The notes under the pieces are model-generated. The model was not told the DNA's origin and made no database searches. It worked only from the letters and a program-made list of their open reading frames with translations. A stretch of DNA of 63,844 nt, counting the filler, from Reclinomonas americana ATCC 50394 (taxonomy: Eukaryota): NCBI GenBank assembly GCA_048213135.1. It is 7 parts of 3 records of this genome, joined end to end, with 100 filler letters (N's around TTAATTAATTAA, not from the genome) between each part and the next. Parts side by side here need not be neighbours in the genome. Positions count along the whole stretch, not along the records: positions 28,994 to 50,056 come from PS015157.1; positions 50,157 to 61,852 come from PS015158.1; 5 more parts are not named here. The stretch is one strand, 5' to 3'. Below are positions 40,241-53,091 of the stretch, piece by piece; within the stretch, counting starts at the first letter, position 1; each line of letters begins with the position of its first letter. The position numbers and the translations under genes are program-made.

Positions 40241-40268
40241 TTTGCGGGAAAGTGGCACCTGAAAAATC
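40241..40268 (+). promoter_or_regulatory. Candidate promoter elements of the importin-5 gene: E2F-like site and AAAGTGGCACCTGAAAAATC motif
   Basis: GCGGGAAA is the reverse complement of the E2F consensus TTTCCCGC. A near-identical AAAGTGG-ACCTGAAAATC lies on the minus strand at 34170-34187, upstream of ARMC8. Confidence 0.35.
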
Positions 40269-40365
40269 TTCTCGTTTTGCGAGAGAACAGTTCGAGCGAC
40301 AGCCAGCTCGCCGCACTCCCCTCTGCCGTTATCCACCACCTTGTTATCCGCTATAGATCCATAAA

Positions 40366-43300
40366 ATGGTTTGCGCTCGCGTGGCCTGTGCGCGTGTGTG
40401 AGCCTGAACATTGTCAAACCTCTCACTCCTACTCCCACCCCCTGCTCTCCTCCTCTTCTTCTTCTGCTGCTGCCGTCCTTCTCCAGTGCACTCCCGAGGA
40501 CGTGGAGAATGCGTTGTACGCCATGCTCTCGGGCGACAATCCCGAAATCCGTCGCGCCGAGGCATACTTTGCCAGTGGACTCGCGCACCCCGACTCTCTC
40601 TCGCTCTCCTACATCCAGATCATCAGACAGCACAACGATCCCAAGGTGAGCACCGCTCCCTGAGAGGTGGCAGAAGAAGAGAGAGTATTTCCGATTTGGG
40701 CTCTGCGTGCTCGTGCATGTGCATGTGCACGAGCGACCTGTGAGGCGCCCCAGAATCGCTCCCCGATCGCTCTCCGTCGCAAGTCGTGTCTTTCTGTGTG
40801 CATGTGTGTGTGAGAGCGAGAACGAGAGGGGCATCGCTCGCTTGCTCGACGATCAGTTTGACACTGAAGCGGCTCGCTTGGGTGCACACAGGTCCGCCAA
40901 GGCGCTGCTGTGCTGATGCGCAAGGTGTTTACGATGGATGAGACCGATGTGTGGGCGGCGCTGGAGAAGGACACACAGCTGGCGCTCAAGGCGGAGCTGC
41001 TGGCGGCCATCAATGAGGAGCAGCAGGAGAACATTGCACGCAACGTGTGCGACGTGATTGGCACCGTGTGCGCCTGCTCGGCCGAGGAAGGTGTGTACTC
41101 TCCCCCACCCGCCACCCTCCCGCTCACCGCGGTTGTTGACCTAGTAGCACCCACACACACACGCAGGCTGGCCCGAGCTGCTTCCGGCACTGTTCCAGTT
41201 GGCGCACGCCGATCGCCCGATTATGCGCGAGGCTGCACTGCTGATCTTCAACGAGGTGTGCGGCTACGTGGCCGGCATTGAGGAGGCGATCGACGCCATC
41301 AAGCCCATCTTTGTGGCCGGTCTGAACGATTCAGCCATAAATGTGCGCGTGGAGGCCATCCGCACCGTCCTGGGATTTGTGTTGACGCTGAAAAAGGCCA
41401 GCGATCGCAAGAAGCTGCAGGGTGAGTGAGAGTCGGGAGTGAGTGATCATGGGTTGACGCCAACTGACGGTGCACACGCATGTTGCAGACCTCGTGCCTG
41501 CCAGCCTCGAAACGTGCCTCTTTTGCGTCACCGCCGGCGATCACGACGCCTCCCAAAAGTGCTTCGAGGTTGTGATCGAGGTGGCCGAGAGCCGCCCCGC
41601 CTTCCTCAAGCCCTACCTCAACGACGCCGCCGCCCTGTTTTACCAGTTTGCCAGCACGCCAAGTGTGCCGTTCGACCTGCAGTCGCAGTCGCTGGAGTTC
41701 CTCACCACACTGTGCGAGCAAATCCCCGAGACCATGCGCGGCATGGCCAACTTTGTGCCGACCATTTTGGAGCTCGGCGTGCAATGGCTGTTGAGCTACG
41801 AGCCAGAGGAGGACTGGGGCTCCAAGGTGGAGACCGACGAGCTGGAGGATGTACCGTATGACATTGGCTTGGAGACTCTGGATCGTGTGGCCACTGCAAT
41901 TGGCGGCGACTTTGTCGCGCCGCTGGTGGTCGACACCGTCAACACGCTGGCCTACAGCGAGGACTGGAAGGGTCGGTTCGCGGCGCTGCAGATCTTGACT
42001 GTCATTGCCGAGGGGTGCACTGCCGAGTTTGAGAGCGAGCTGCAGAACCTCATTCCGTTGCGTCTTGGTCACACGCGTGAGATGATTCCGCGCTCGTCTC
42101 TCATTCGTGCGTGCACAGTCTGATTGTGGATCGCGTGTCGGACCCGCAAATGCACGTGCGGTGGGCGGCACTGGGCACGATTGGCCAGTTCTGCATCGAC
42201 ATTTCACCGAGGATGCAGCATGACTTTTACGAGCCGCTGCTGAACAGCATGATCCAGACCATGGAGGATCCGGTCGTTCGCGTGCAGGCGCAGGCTGCGT
42301 CGATTGTGCAAAACTTCTTCGACTTGGCCGACACTGAGTTTGTGACGTCGACACTGGATGAGTTTGTCGACCCGCTGCTCACCAAGCTGGTGACGGTGCT
42401 GGAGTCGCCGGTGCACATGGTGCGCGAGGAGGGTGTCAAGTCCATCTCGTCGCTGGCGCAGTGCTCGGAGGGCCACTTTGGACCGGTATGTGTGTGTGTG
42501 TGTGTGTGTTGGGAATGCATGTGTTTCATTCCCAGTCAGTCGGTTCCTCACCCTCTGTGTGTCCACGCAGTACTACGAGTCGCTGATGCACGTGCTGAAG
42601 ACGATGCTGGCGTCGTGCACGACGGTGCGTGACCAGGAGCTGCGCGGCCGCATCTTTGAGGCCATGTCGCTGGTGTGCTGCGCCGTCGGCAAGGAGATGT
42701 GCATCAATGATGCGCTCGGCTTGATGCAAGTGATGGGCGACGTTGGTGAGTGGGCGGGGAGTCACATTTCTTCTTGCAATACGAGTGTGTCACTGATTTG
42801 TCGATGTTCCAGCCGCTCACTTGAAGTACGAGGACCCGGAGACGGAGCTCATCCAGCAGGCCTACACTCGCCTCTGCTCGGTGCTCAAGGAGGACTTTGT
42901 GCCGTACCTGCGCTTTGTCATCCCGGGCCTGCTTGTGTGCGTTCGCCGCGAGACCGAGATGCTCGTGACGTGTGGCGATGAGCCAGAGCCGGACCCAGAG
43001 GACGGCTGGGGCACCATGACATTCGAGTTCAAGGGTGTCGGTGAGTGCCCCCGTCTCTCTGCGCTTGATTGTTCTCACGGCATTTTGGCTGATAATGTCA
43101 CTTGGTCACACGTAGGTGTGCGTCGTGTGTCGATCAGAACCACGGAGCTGCAGGAAAAGGCGGCGGCGCTGGACAAGCTGTTGGACTACGTGACAACGCT
43201 GGAGGGCGGTTACGCCGAGTTCANNNNNNNNNNNNNNNNNNNNNNNNNNNNNNNNNNNNNNNNNNNNNNNNNNNNNNNNNNNNNNNNNNNNNNNNNNNNN

Positions 43301-44672
43301 NNNNNNNNNNNNNNNNNNNNNNNNNNNNNNNNNNNNNNNNNNNNNNNNNNNNNNNNNNNNNNNNNNNNNNNNNNNNNNNNNNNNNNNNNNNNNNNNNNNN
43401 NNNNNNNNNNNNNNGTTGACGGAGATGCTCAACTTCCTCCTCACTGCGAGCTCTGAGCGTCGCGAGAAGTTGCAGGGTTCGTGCATGTGTCGCCGTATGC
43501 GTGTTTGTGTGTTTGGCTCATGTCGCGCTCTCGACAGCTGACATGGCGGAGGAGTTGGCGGAGGGTGCGGAGGAGAATGCCTTTGAGGACAGGTTCGAGT
43601 TCGAGAACATGATCATTGGACAGTGGTCGGAATTCACCGGCGGCCTGATCAAGACACACGAGACATTCCTGCCGTTCTTCTACGAGACCTTCTGGCAGGC
43701 CGTGTGCTCCATGGCGGTGCGTTGAAGAAAATGGATGATGAGCCGCGTGCGTTGCACAGAATCTAATCTCTCTCTCTGGTTTTAGTCGACCGACTCGGTG
43801 CACGCGTACCGCCTGGCCGCCGTGTGTGTGTTCTGCGACCTGATCGAGTTCGCCAACGCGGTCGTGTCGGAGAATGCGCCGTTCATTCTGCAGACTCTGA
43901 TCTCGTACACGACCGACGACTCGGAGGAGATTCGACAGACCTCGATGTACGGCTGCAGTTTGTTTGCGGAGCGCGCGCCGCCAGAGGTGTGGAGCCAGTG
44001 TGCTGACAGTTGCGTGACGACGAGTGGTGGCGAGGGCAGGGAGGGGAGTGTGGCTGGGGCTGACAGTGCAAACGCGCAGCATTGATTCCGCTCTTTGTTC
44101 GCATGTCGGACAAGGAGGCACACAACTCAATTAGGAGGTTTGAGGGCGCACGCTGCAACGCCGTCAACGGGCTGTGGAGGGCGCTCACATGCCACCCGGA
44201 GTCGTTCAGCAATGCCGACGAGGTGAGCCAACTCATTTACTCTGTTTTCTTGTTGTGCACCCTGCCGTGTTACTCACATGAGCGCAATGCAGACCTTCTC
44301 GTACTGGTTCAACCATCTGCCAGTGATGGGCGATCCGGGCGAGGCGAAGAAGGTGTACGACGTGCTGATGGGCCTCATTGAATCGTTCGTTGCATGCATC
44401 TTGTCGTCATCGTTGTTGTTGCTGGTTGCTCATGATTGTTTCTCTTCAGTCAACACCCGGTGGTCACCGCCGTGGAATCGCTGCCGCGAGTGGTGGAAGT
44501 CTTCTCGAGCGTGTGGGGCTCGCAGTTCATCACTGAGGAGACCGGGCGCAAGGCTGCGCAGTACCTCCAGCACCTGCAAGCCTCGGGCATCAATCTGGAA
44601 CAATACGCCGCACACCTCTCCGCCAAGCACCAGAAGCGCCTGCGCCGATTGATGGCTGCCCCAGTGGCTTGA
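40366..44672 (+). CDS. IPO5: Importin-5 / karyopherin beta-3 (HEAT repeats); spans a gap
   Basis: LSGDNPEIRRAEAYF, VRQGAAVLMRK, GWPELLPALFQ, LDRVATAIGG, DWKGRFAAL, IAEGC, HVRWAALGTIGQ, RVQAQAA, LRGRIFEAMSLVCCAVGKE, SIRTTELQEKAAA. 13 GT-AG introns traced, the first directly after the ATG (40369-40486). IPO4-like not fully excluded. Confidence 0.88.
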
Positions 44673-45181
44673 GAGAGAGAGAGAGAGATGGAGAGGGGGT
44701 GTGGAAATAAGTGTGTTGTTGTTTGTGTGTGTGTGTGTCTATCCTCAAGTCATAATCTCATCGTCGTTAACAATGTATGCATCGTATTATCACAATCTCA
44801 TCATGATGGTGGCTTGTTGGATGTCACGGCAGTCGTCCACGCACTCATCGATTGCAGCACTTGCGCCTGCGTCTGCTGCAGTTCGCCCTCTGCGCCACAG
44901 AAGCGATTGAGTCGCTCCAGTGAATCGTTCCTGCGAGAGGCGAAATACACGCATGCGCACACAAGCAAGCGACTCGTGAGCATCAGTGTTGCACTGCTGT
45001 CTCTCCCTCTCACACACAGTCGACGAAACAGTTGCTCCACTGTTGCACGCACGGCGTACAGGTCCCTTTCCACGCGTTCCGACATAACATGCAATCAAAA
45101 TGGTCCTGTTGTGTCCTCTCCACAGTGCAGTAAGAGACGCAAGGAGAGAGGGTCTGTGTGTGCGTGAGAGAGAGAGAGAGG

Positions 45182-46674
45182 ATGGCACAATGCGAGATCT
45201 CTCGCATCACGTGTGCCATCTTTTGCTGCACGTGTGTGTCACTGCTCATCTCCTTTGTGTATCATGTCATTGCGTTTTGGTCCTCCGAGTCGAGAAAGTT
45301 GCATACCACACACACACACACACGCTCTCCGCCCACTCCTCTCCTCTCGATCACCAACGAAGAGAAGCAGACAGACATGATGCTGTGACAACTGCGATCA
45401 CTCATTCTCTCTCTCTGTACGTCTTCACAGGAGCTGGCAAAGACACAACTATCAGCAGTTCATCACGTTGCAGGTTTTGCGATTCACGGCTTCTGTGCAG
45501 AGTGCAGGTCTCCGCTTTGCATTGATTTCCCTGCCACAAAATGTCTTCTCGCTTCTCTCACCGCACTCTCCTGTTGACAACAGCTGTGGTCACTCGCTCG
45601 TGCGCCGGTCAGTTTCCGTGCCCACTGCACATCTATGACATGCCACGTTCGTACAGGAGTGTGTTGAGTTGTCGTTTCACCGCCTCGTCCTCATGCACCC
45701 CGGCCGCGCGCAGCTGTGCTGATGGTGGACCAGACGTCGACCAGCTTCAACGCCCTGCTCATCCTCTGCTACTGGTTCTTTGTGTTCTGGGCGCTGACTG
45801 CCACCGATCGCAACGAGCGACGGGTGCGACGGTCGGTGCTGTGGTCGGCGCTGCTGGGTGGCGTGCTGCTGGTGGCGCTCGCCCTGTTTCTGTTCCTCAA
45901 TGGGTACTACTGTGCGGCGTCGGATGCGACGACGCCGCGGCCCGAGTCGTGCACCCGGTGGGATGTATGGGTGGCGGTGGTGGGCGTGCCAGCCGTGTGC
46001 ATCCTGCTGTTGCCGGTGATCACCATGTTGCATTACCTGCTGAAGAATCGGTCGCCCAACCCGCTCATTCGGAAGGCGCTGTGGAAGGTGGGTGGGCGGA
46101 GTGGAGAGAAGAAGAGGAGCGCCATGCGATGTGCTCATTCGTGTGTTGTTGCTGCCAGACGGTATTCTTCTCGTCGGTGATCGCCCTTGCCGGGTTTCTG
46201 TTGATTATCAATTACCTCGGTTCCGGTGCGTCTGTTCCGCTCTTGCCCGTGCGCTGACGTATGGTGGTAGCTCATGTCTGTACAACAGCACTCGAGAGTG
46301 ACTGGGCGTTCAACTCTGTCAACATTTTCGTGCTGTACTGTGTGGTGCGCAAGTTGTTTAGCGTCTTCGTATCGCCGATCCACTCAACCGTGTGCTGCAT
46401 CTGACAGTACTCTCTAATTGGTCTCGGCGTGGTGGTGCTACTGCATACACCGCGGATTCGATACCGCCCGACCCACCTGCAGCAAATGGACATGAACCGC
46501 CGCTCGGTGCCCGCTGATGCGGCCTACGACTCCCTCTCGTCTGCGCCCGACGCCACCACCACCCTGCCGTACACCAAAGTGTCGGCCACCATTTCCGTGC
46601 CCTACCGGAGTGAGCAGCACGACTTGCTACCGCCCGCACCCAGTCCCTCGCCCGATAATCGATCCATGTTCTAA
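45182..46674 (+). CDS. Multi-pass (about 7 TM) membrane protein, GPCR-like
   Basis: Successive hydrophobic segments (ITCAIFCCTCVSLLISFVYHVI, FNALLILCYWFFVFWAL, VLWSALLGGVLLVALALFLFL, VWVAVVGVPAVCILLLPVI, VFFSSVIALAGFLLIINYL) separated by short introns, with a Pro/Ser tail ending PDNRSMF-TAA. Confidence 0.6.
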
Positions 46675-46797
46675 AAAATCACCGTGTATAATCTCGATCT
46701 CACCCCTTGTTTAATAAAAGATGATGCTCTTGTTGTTGCTGTTGTTGATGATGGCGAGAGACTGTTGCTACAATGCAAGGGAAAAGGCGAGACACCC

Positions 46798-49700
46798 TCA
46801 GCGAGTGTCATCGTGCGATCGATCCACTCCAAAATTGCGAATGGCCTCCAGGAGGAAAAAGTTGACCGCCTGCTCCTGCTTCATGGCGTTGGACACCTGA
46901 CGACAGCACGTGAGGACATCGCAGTGCGACAAGTTGTTGTAGGCATTAATGCACGCAGTCGACAGACCTTGGAGAGACGCTCCGACACGGCGCCCGAGTC
47001 GTACGACGCCGCTGGCGTGTACGAGGCCGAGGCAGCGGCCGTCGACGCAGGGTATTCGCGAGCGCCTTCCAGGAATCGTTGCAGTCGCTGGAAGACCCGC
47101 TCCGCAATGGCCACTCGCGAGTCAATCGACGACAGTTGCGACTCGAGCTGTGACACCAGGTGCTTGCGCTCGAGTTCCGCCTGCAGACGCAGTCGCTGCT
47201 CCACGTTGCGCTCCACATCTGTCAGCAGTTCACGCACGCGTCGCTCATGCTCCACTCGTTCCCGAATACCCTCCTCCTCCAACCACTTTGATTCCTCGCC
47301 AATGCGCTGCACCTCCGACTCCACACGCCGTTCCAGCTCGCCAAAGCGCCGCGTGTCCTCCTGACGTGCGGCTCGCACGGCCTCGCGTGTGCCGAGTGAT
47401 TCGCTCTTGATGAGAACTACTTCGTCCTCCAGTCGCGTCACGTCATCGCGTGACGCTTGCAGAGCGCGCAACGCTCGCTGCTCAGCCATGAATGACTGCA
47501 CGTGTTCGCGCAGATTGGACAGGTGGCTCGACAGGTCGTCCACCGTGACATGATACTCGCTCTCCAGTCGATCGACACGTGACTCCACCGTCTGCAGGCG
47601 ACTCAGCGAGACGCTCTGCTCGCGATCCACACGGGAGTTCATGTCGCGGCTCAGATCACTTACGCGCTGCTGCAGCATGGACAGCAAGCGATCTTCTTGC
47701 ACCTGGTGAGGGACAGGGTGAGTGGGTGACAGAAACCTGAGCGAGATACCCGGCTGCTGACCGCCCGTACCGACGACAAACTCTGCCGATCCTGCATGTG
47801 CGACACCAGCTGGTCCTCCAGGCGGTGAATGCGATTATCAGCCGTCGACACAAAGGCCTCCATGCGCTCTTGGTAGCGGCGCACGGTCTCACGTGAGGCG
47901 ACCAGCTCGTCTTGCAGCTGCTGGCTGCGAAGACGCTCCTGCCAGCGGAAGTATAGAGGGAAGAGAGAGTGAGAGATCGATACTATGGCTCTCTCGCACA
48001 CGCAGAACATCAAAACGAACCTGCACCACCATCTCGTTCGTAAGCTTGGTCAGCCGCTGCTCCTCCTCCAGCTGCTTGCGCGAGGCGCCGACGTCGTGCA
48101 CCGTCGAGCGCGTGCTTTCTTGCAACTCCAGCAGACGCGAATGCTCTTGAGACAAGCGCATTTCCAACTCCACCACGCGTCCCTCCAGCTCGTTCTTCGA
48201 CTTGCTCAGTCGTTCCACTCGATCACGTTCCCTATTGGTACACGGTGAGCACACGCACACTGCTTCTTCTGTCTGCACTCGCGACAAAACGAGCCACGCA
48301 ACAAATCAAGCGACTGCTGCAACTGCGTGAAAGCCACACGACTTTGAGCGCGCTCCACGTCAAGTTCGCGCTGCAGCACCTCCATTCGCTTGCCGTTCTC
48401 GCGCTGCTCGCTCTGCATGCGCGCCAGCACATCCCGGATCTCAATCTCCGCCGCCGTGGTCAGCGACGAGGCCGAGCTGAGTGAAAAGTACGGCGTCTGC
48501 ACCACCGGCGGCGGCGACGAAAGCACACGGTGTGAGCCGAGTGGTGCACCAGCGCCCGAGATGTACGTCGACGCCGGTGACGATGGACGGGAGGATCCGA
48601 GTTCCGTGGAGCGCCTCAGCGGCGGAATCGGCACCTGGTCGAGAGGCGGCACGCGTACTGGAGACGGCGATCGGCGGCCACTCATTGCGCCGGCGGTGAG
48701 AAGCGGGAGAGCAGCGACAGTGGGTGTTGGCGAGGTCATGGTGATGGGAATCGGTCCCAGCATGTCGCCCGAGCCGGACGCGCGATAGCGCACCTTGTGG
48801 AAGGCGGAGAAGGTGGAGGAGTCGGGCGAGGCCATGGACTCGCCGGTTACCACCAGGTCCTCCAGTGTGGCGTTCATCTCCAGTGACTGGCGAAGGATGC
48901 CGAGCTGGGAAAGGGGAGGAGGGAGAAGGACGACAAGACTCTAAGTTGATTGTCGAAGTAAGAAAGAGTTGTTTCGCTCCCCGCTCCTCACCTCGGAGCG
49001 CGTCAGTGAGCTGACATCAATGACCACCTGCCGCAACGTGCGGTTCACTTGCAGCATCTCGGCCAGTCGCTTGCCACCAACACGGCCGAGTACAATGCCC
49101 TCCAACTCGATGACTGTCAGCGTGTTGTTGGTCTCCAGCGCGTCGGCCAGCACCATCACACCATCCTCGCTGAAGCGGTTGTTGCTCAGGTTCACCTCAC
49201 GCAACGAACGATTGCTGTCGTGTCGCGCATGTCAGTGCCACAGCTTCATATCAGAAGCACCACGACGACGACGCAACAGATTAATGGCCTTGGCGATGGA
49301 CCGCACACCAATGTCGGTGATGAGGTTGTCGCGCACCCACAGCTTGACCAGTGTGTCGGAGCGCACCACCGAATCGCTCAAGCGATTCATGCCGGCGTCA
49401 GTGATGCCGTTGCCACTCAAGTCGAGTTCGCGCAACGAGAGGGACCGAGAGGCGGCCGACGCCAGCGCCGTGGCACCCTCGTCACCCAGCGCACAATAGG
49501 CCAGCGACAGGGTCGACAGGCAGTCGTTCATGGCCACGGCCTCGCACAGTCGCGAAAAGCGCGACGCACTCGCCCCGAGCCGATTGTGCGCCAGCGAGAG
49601 CTCTTGCAGCACGCGATTGACCGTCAGCGCAGCGGCCACGTCGTCGAGACATGCATGGGTGATGCCGGTGGCCTCCAGCGACAAGACGCGCAGCGATCGA

Positions 49701-49915
49701 TTGGCACGCAGTGCACGCATGAGTAGCACCACACCGTCGTTCTCCAGTCGCGGATTGCGCGCCAGCGAGAGACGACGGAGAGTGCGGTTGTCTTCCAGCG
49801 CGCGCGCCAAGTGACGCGACCCTGACGTGGCCACATCGTTCTGCTCCAGTGTGAGACCAAGGATGTTGTCGTTGACACGCAGCGCCTCGGCGAGGCAGTA
49901 AATGTCGCGATCGGT
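46798..49915 (-). CDS. RI-like LRR (NLRC3/CARMIL-type repeats) plus long coiled-coil protein; 5' part in gap
   Basis: Repeats such as LAEALRVNDNILGLTLEQNDV, NRTLRRLSLARN and NRSLREVNLSNN, a Ser/Pro linker, then heptad-rich ERLSKSKNELEGRVVELEMRL. Introns include 49215-49277 and 48232-48302. Confidence 0.75.
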
Positions 49916-50156
49916 CTGCGAGAAGAGAGAGAGCGAGAAGATGAGGGGATTTTTGTGCGTCATGCATGCACAAAATGCAATGTGCGCACCAGTGGCACAC
50001 TGCGTGCATCCAAGCGGCACAATTCGACAGTGTCGGGCGCTGCGAGGAGAGCCTCANNNNNNNNNNNNNNNNNNNNNNNNNNNNNNNNNNNNNNNNNNNN
50101 TTAATTAATTAANNNNNNNNNNNNNNNNNNNNNNNNNNNNNNNNNNNNNNNNNNNN

Positions 50157-53011
50157 TCAACCAATGCTCCCGGCGCTGACTCCACACCGCCCCTCCCAAC
50201 GACGGCGCTCGCAAGGCCGCCGCTCACCAGGCGCCCGCTCACCCTCGCCCACCTCCTACGGGCGCGACATCAACTCACCGCCACTCATTCCCGTCGGCCA
50301 ATCATCGCCTCCTCAGACACCAGCAACAGCAACAGCAGCGGCTCCCAGCAATCATTCCAAATCGGCAGTGTCGGCGCTTGTGAGTGGTCTGGCACGTTAC
50401 AAGTCACTGGCAGGTGGCGCCAATGGTGTGACTGTATGACGAGCATGCCCACTTCTCTCTGTCTGTCTGTCTGTCTGTATCACTCACACACGCACATTGT
50501 CGGATTCACGCAGCAATGACTCGAGCACAGGCGCAACGCCATCGCGCCTCCATGATGATGTACGACAAGGAGGTGCGTGTTGTGCGTGTGCAGAAGCAGT
50601 CGATATGTAAACCCGGCTTGTGTAATCACATCATCCGCATCGACAGCTGCGCGTGACTCAAAATCTCGTCAACGAGGACCGCTGGTTGCCGCCAGTCAAC
50701 ACGCACATCTACCGTCGCGCCTCGGTGGCCGGCATCATCACTGTAGCTTCGTCGCCGCCGAGTGGCTCACCGGGAGCTGCAGCCAGCGAGCCAGACGTGC
50801 ACAACAATAACAATAGCCATGACGATGATGGCGATGAGCGGCCACGAGCATCGCCACTGCAGCCGCAGCAGACGCTGGCGTTGATGACGGTGGAGAAGCG
50901 GATGCAAATGCGGCTGGCGGAGCTGCGCAGCGATAAGGAGCAGCGGCAGCAGTTGCTAAAGCGAGTGCACGAGTACGAGAGGGAGCGCAAGCCGGCGGCG
51001 CCACCCACGGCCGAGTCGTCGTATGTCGAGGCGAATAAGGAGCAGGCGTGGCTGCGTACGCGGGAGGCTTTGCGGCAGCATCTGCATTTGCTGGTGAGTG
51101 GTTTGGTCAGCCTCGTGCTGCGCTCTCGAACACTCAACACCTGTTGTGGTCAGAGTGAGCAGGAGAGTTTGCGACTGACCCAAGCGCTGAGTCGCAAGAC
51201 GGCGCTCACCGCCGAGCAGCGCGAGCACGAGGAGCTGCTGGCACGTGAGCTGGCGGAGCGCATGGAGGAGGCGGCGGAGCGGCACGAGTTCTGGGTGCAT
51301 GTGTATCCGATTGTTCGTCGCCTGCAGCGGCGCTGGTTAGGCTACTCGGCAATGGCATCGCGGATGGCTGTGCTGGAGCGTGCACTGTCCACGCACCGGC
51401 ACGATGACTACATTCAGCGTGTGCGAATGCGCGCCGCTCGATACCTGGAGCGTGTCTTCTTTCCACTCGTCAAGGCCCGCATCCGCCTGCGTCGGCGGCG
51501 ACTGGCGGAGATCATTGGCCGCCACACCCTCTCGCTTTCGATCGGCTGGCGCATTCATCGCAAGCGCCGACTGGCCACCGTCATTATTCACGCCATTTCG
51601 GCCTTTCGCCAAGTGCGCGATCTGGTGCAGCACGTGCGGCGGGCTCTCATGCAATGTTGCGTCACTGCTTCACAAAAATCAGTCGAGGGTGTGCACAGTG
51701 GATTTTCTGACTCTGTGTGTGTGTTTTCACCGCAGACAAACTGTCGGCGGCGGCAGTGCGCGACTGGATTCGGTGCACGCTGGCACGCCGTGCGCTGGTA
51801 CATCGACAGTGGCGACGCTTCTTCGAGCGGCATCGTGCACTCTGCCTGCGCCGTCTCGGTCAAGGGAATTCGTCGCGTGCTCCCTCTCGATCGCCGTCGC
51901 GCCCAGCCTCCCCGGGCAGTCGACTGTCGCCCGCTTCACTGCACACGACCAGTCTGTCGAGCTCCTCGTTCCCCGTGAAGCGGTCACCGTCGTCGCGACC
52001 ACCCACACCGCCACAACTGCGTCGCACCCAGTCGTCGATGTCACGGCAGCCATCGCCACGCTCCGTGCCCGCCGAGTTGGCGCTGACTGGAAGCCTGCTC
52101 TCGGTGCCATTGTCGATGTTGCGCAGTGCAGTGCTCTCTTGTGTATTACTTGGTGCGCGATATTGACCGTCGCTTGCCACAGGGACGCCAAGAGACCACG
52201 CCGCGACGCGCGCTCCGACGACACATTCTTCCTCAACTTCTTCACTGTGTGCGTCATGCAATCGCCGCGTGTGTGTTGCGTTACACTTCAGCTAATATCG
52301 TGAGACGATCTCGCGCACCGCAGAGATCAAGTTTGCGATCGTCAACCGTTGGTGGATTATGGTGTGGCGGCGGCGCGCGCCATGATGAAGGAGCACGTGC
52401 GCGAGCTTGGCCACTTTAGTCACGAAGTCGACCAATTCCGCATGGATGTCGAGGTGTGGTGCCTGCTACCAGGCATGCATGTGATGTGGTGCTGGTGGCT
52501 CACTCTGTTCTCGTCGCAGCGCCGACTGATTGAGGCCGCCGTCCGACACACGCTGATGACGGGAGGCTTCGAGTCCAGTGACGACACACCGACGTCCAAG
52601 TCCAACGATGCCCTTTACGCGGAGCCAATTCGCGCCTCGCGTGCGATTGTGCGGGCCGTGTCGCTCCTCGGCGGGCACATCAACTATCGTGCGCTGATCG
52701 ACGAGAATATGCCCACATCCACGCTGCCGGATGAACCGCGGGAGGAAGTGGCAGAGTGGCTGGCGGAGGAACGGCCGCATAAACCACTCCGCCGGGCGCT
52801 GCTTGGCGAAGCGCAGCTTCGCGAGATGTACGAGGTGAGTCCCCAGTTTACACAAACAGAAAGTGCGAAGGACAACTGATCCGTGGCGACACAGATGACG
52901 TACCAGCTGGCAGTGGTCGATTGCGCTGCAGCACTCAACGTAAGCGAGGACTCGGTGACTCGTCGCTGGCCTCTTTCTGTCTGCTGCGCCTGGGCACCAC
53001 CAACACAGTGA
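50157..53011 (+). CDS. Hypothetical coiled-coil protein with Arg-rich IQ-like segments (5' end may lie in gap)
   Basis: Coding-like exons (EKRMQMRLAELRSDKEQRQQLL, RAARYLERVFFP, AAARAMMKEHVREL) linked by GT-AG introns. No family recognised. Confidence 0.5.
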
Positions 53012-53091
53012 ATGTTTCGCGCCAAATCCGATCGATCCGATCCTGTCATTTTTCCTTCATCTCTCTCTCTCTCTCTCTGTGCACGCACAAA

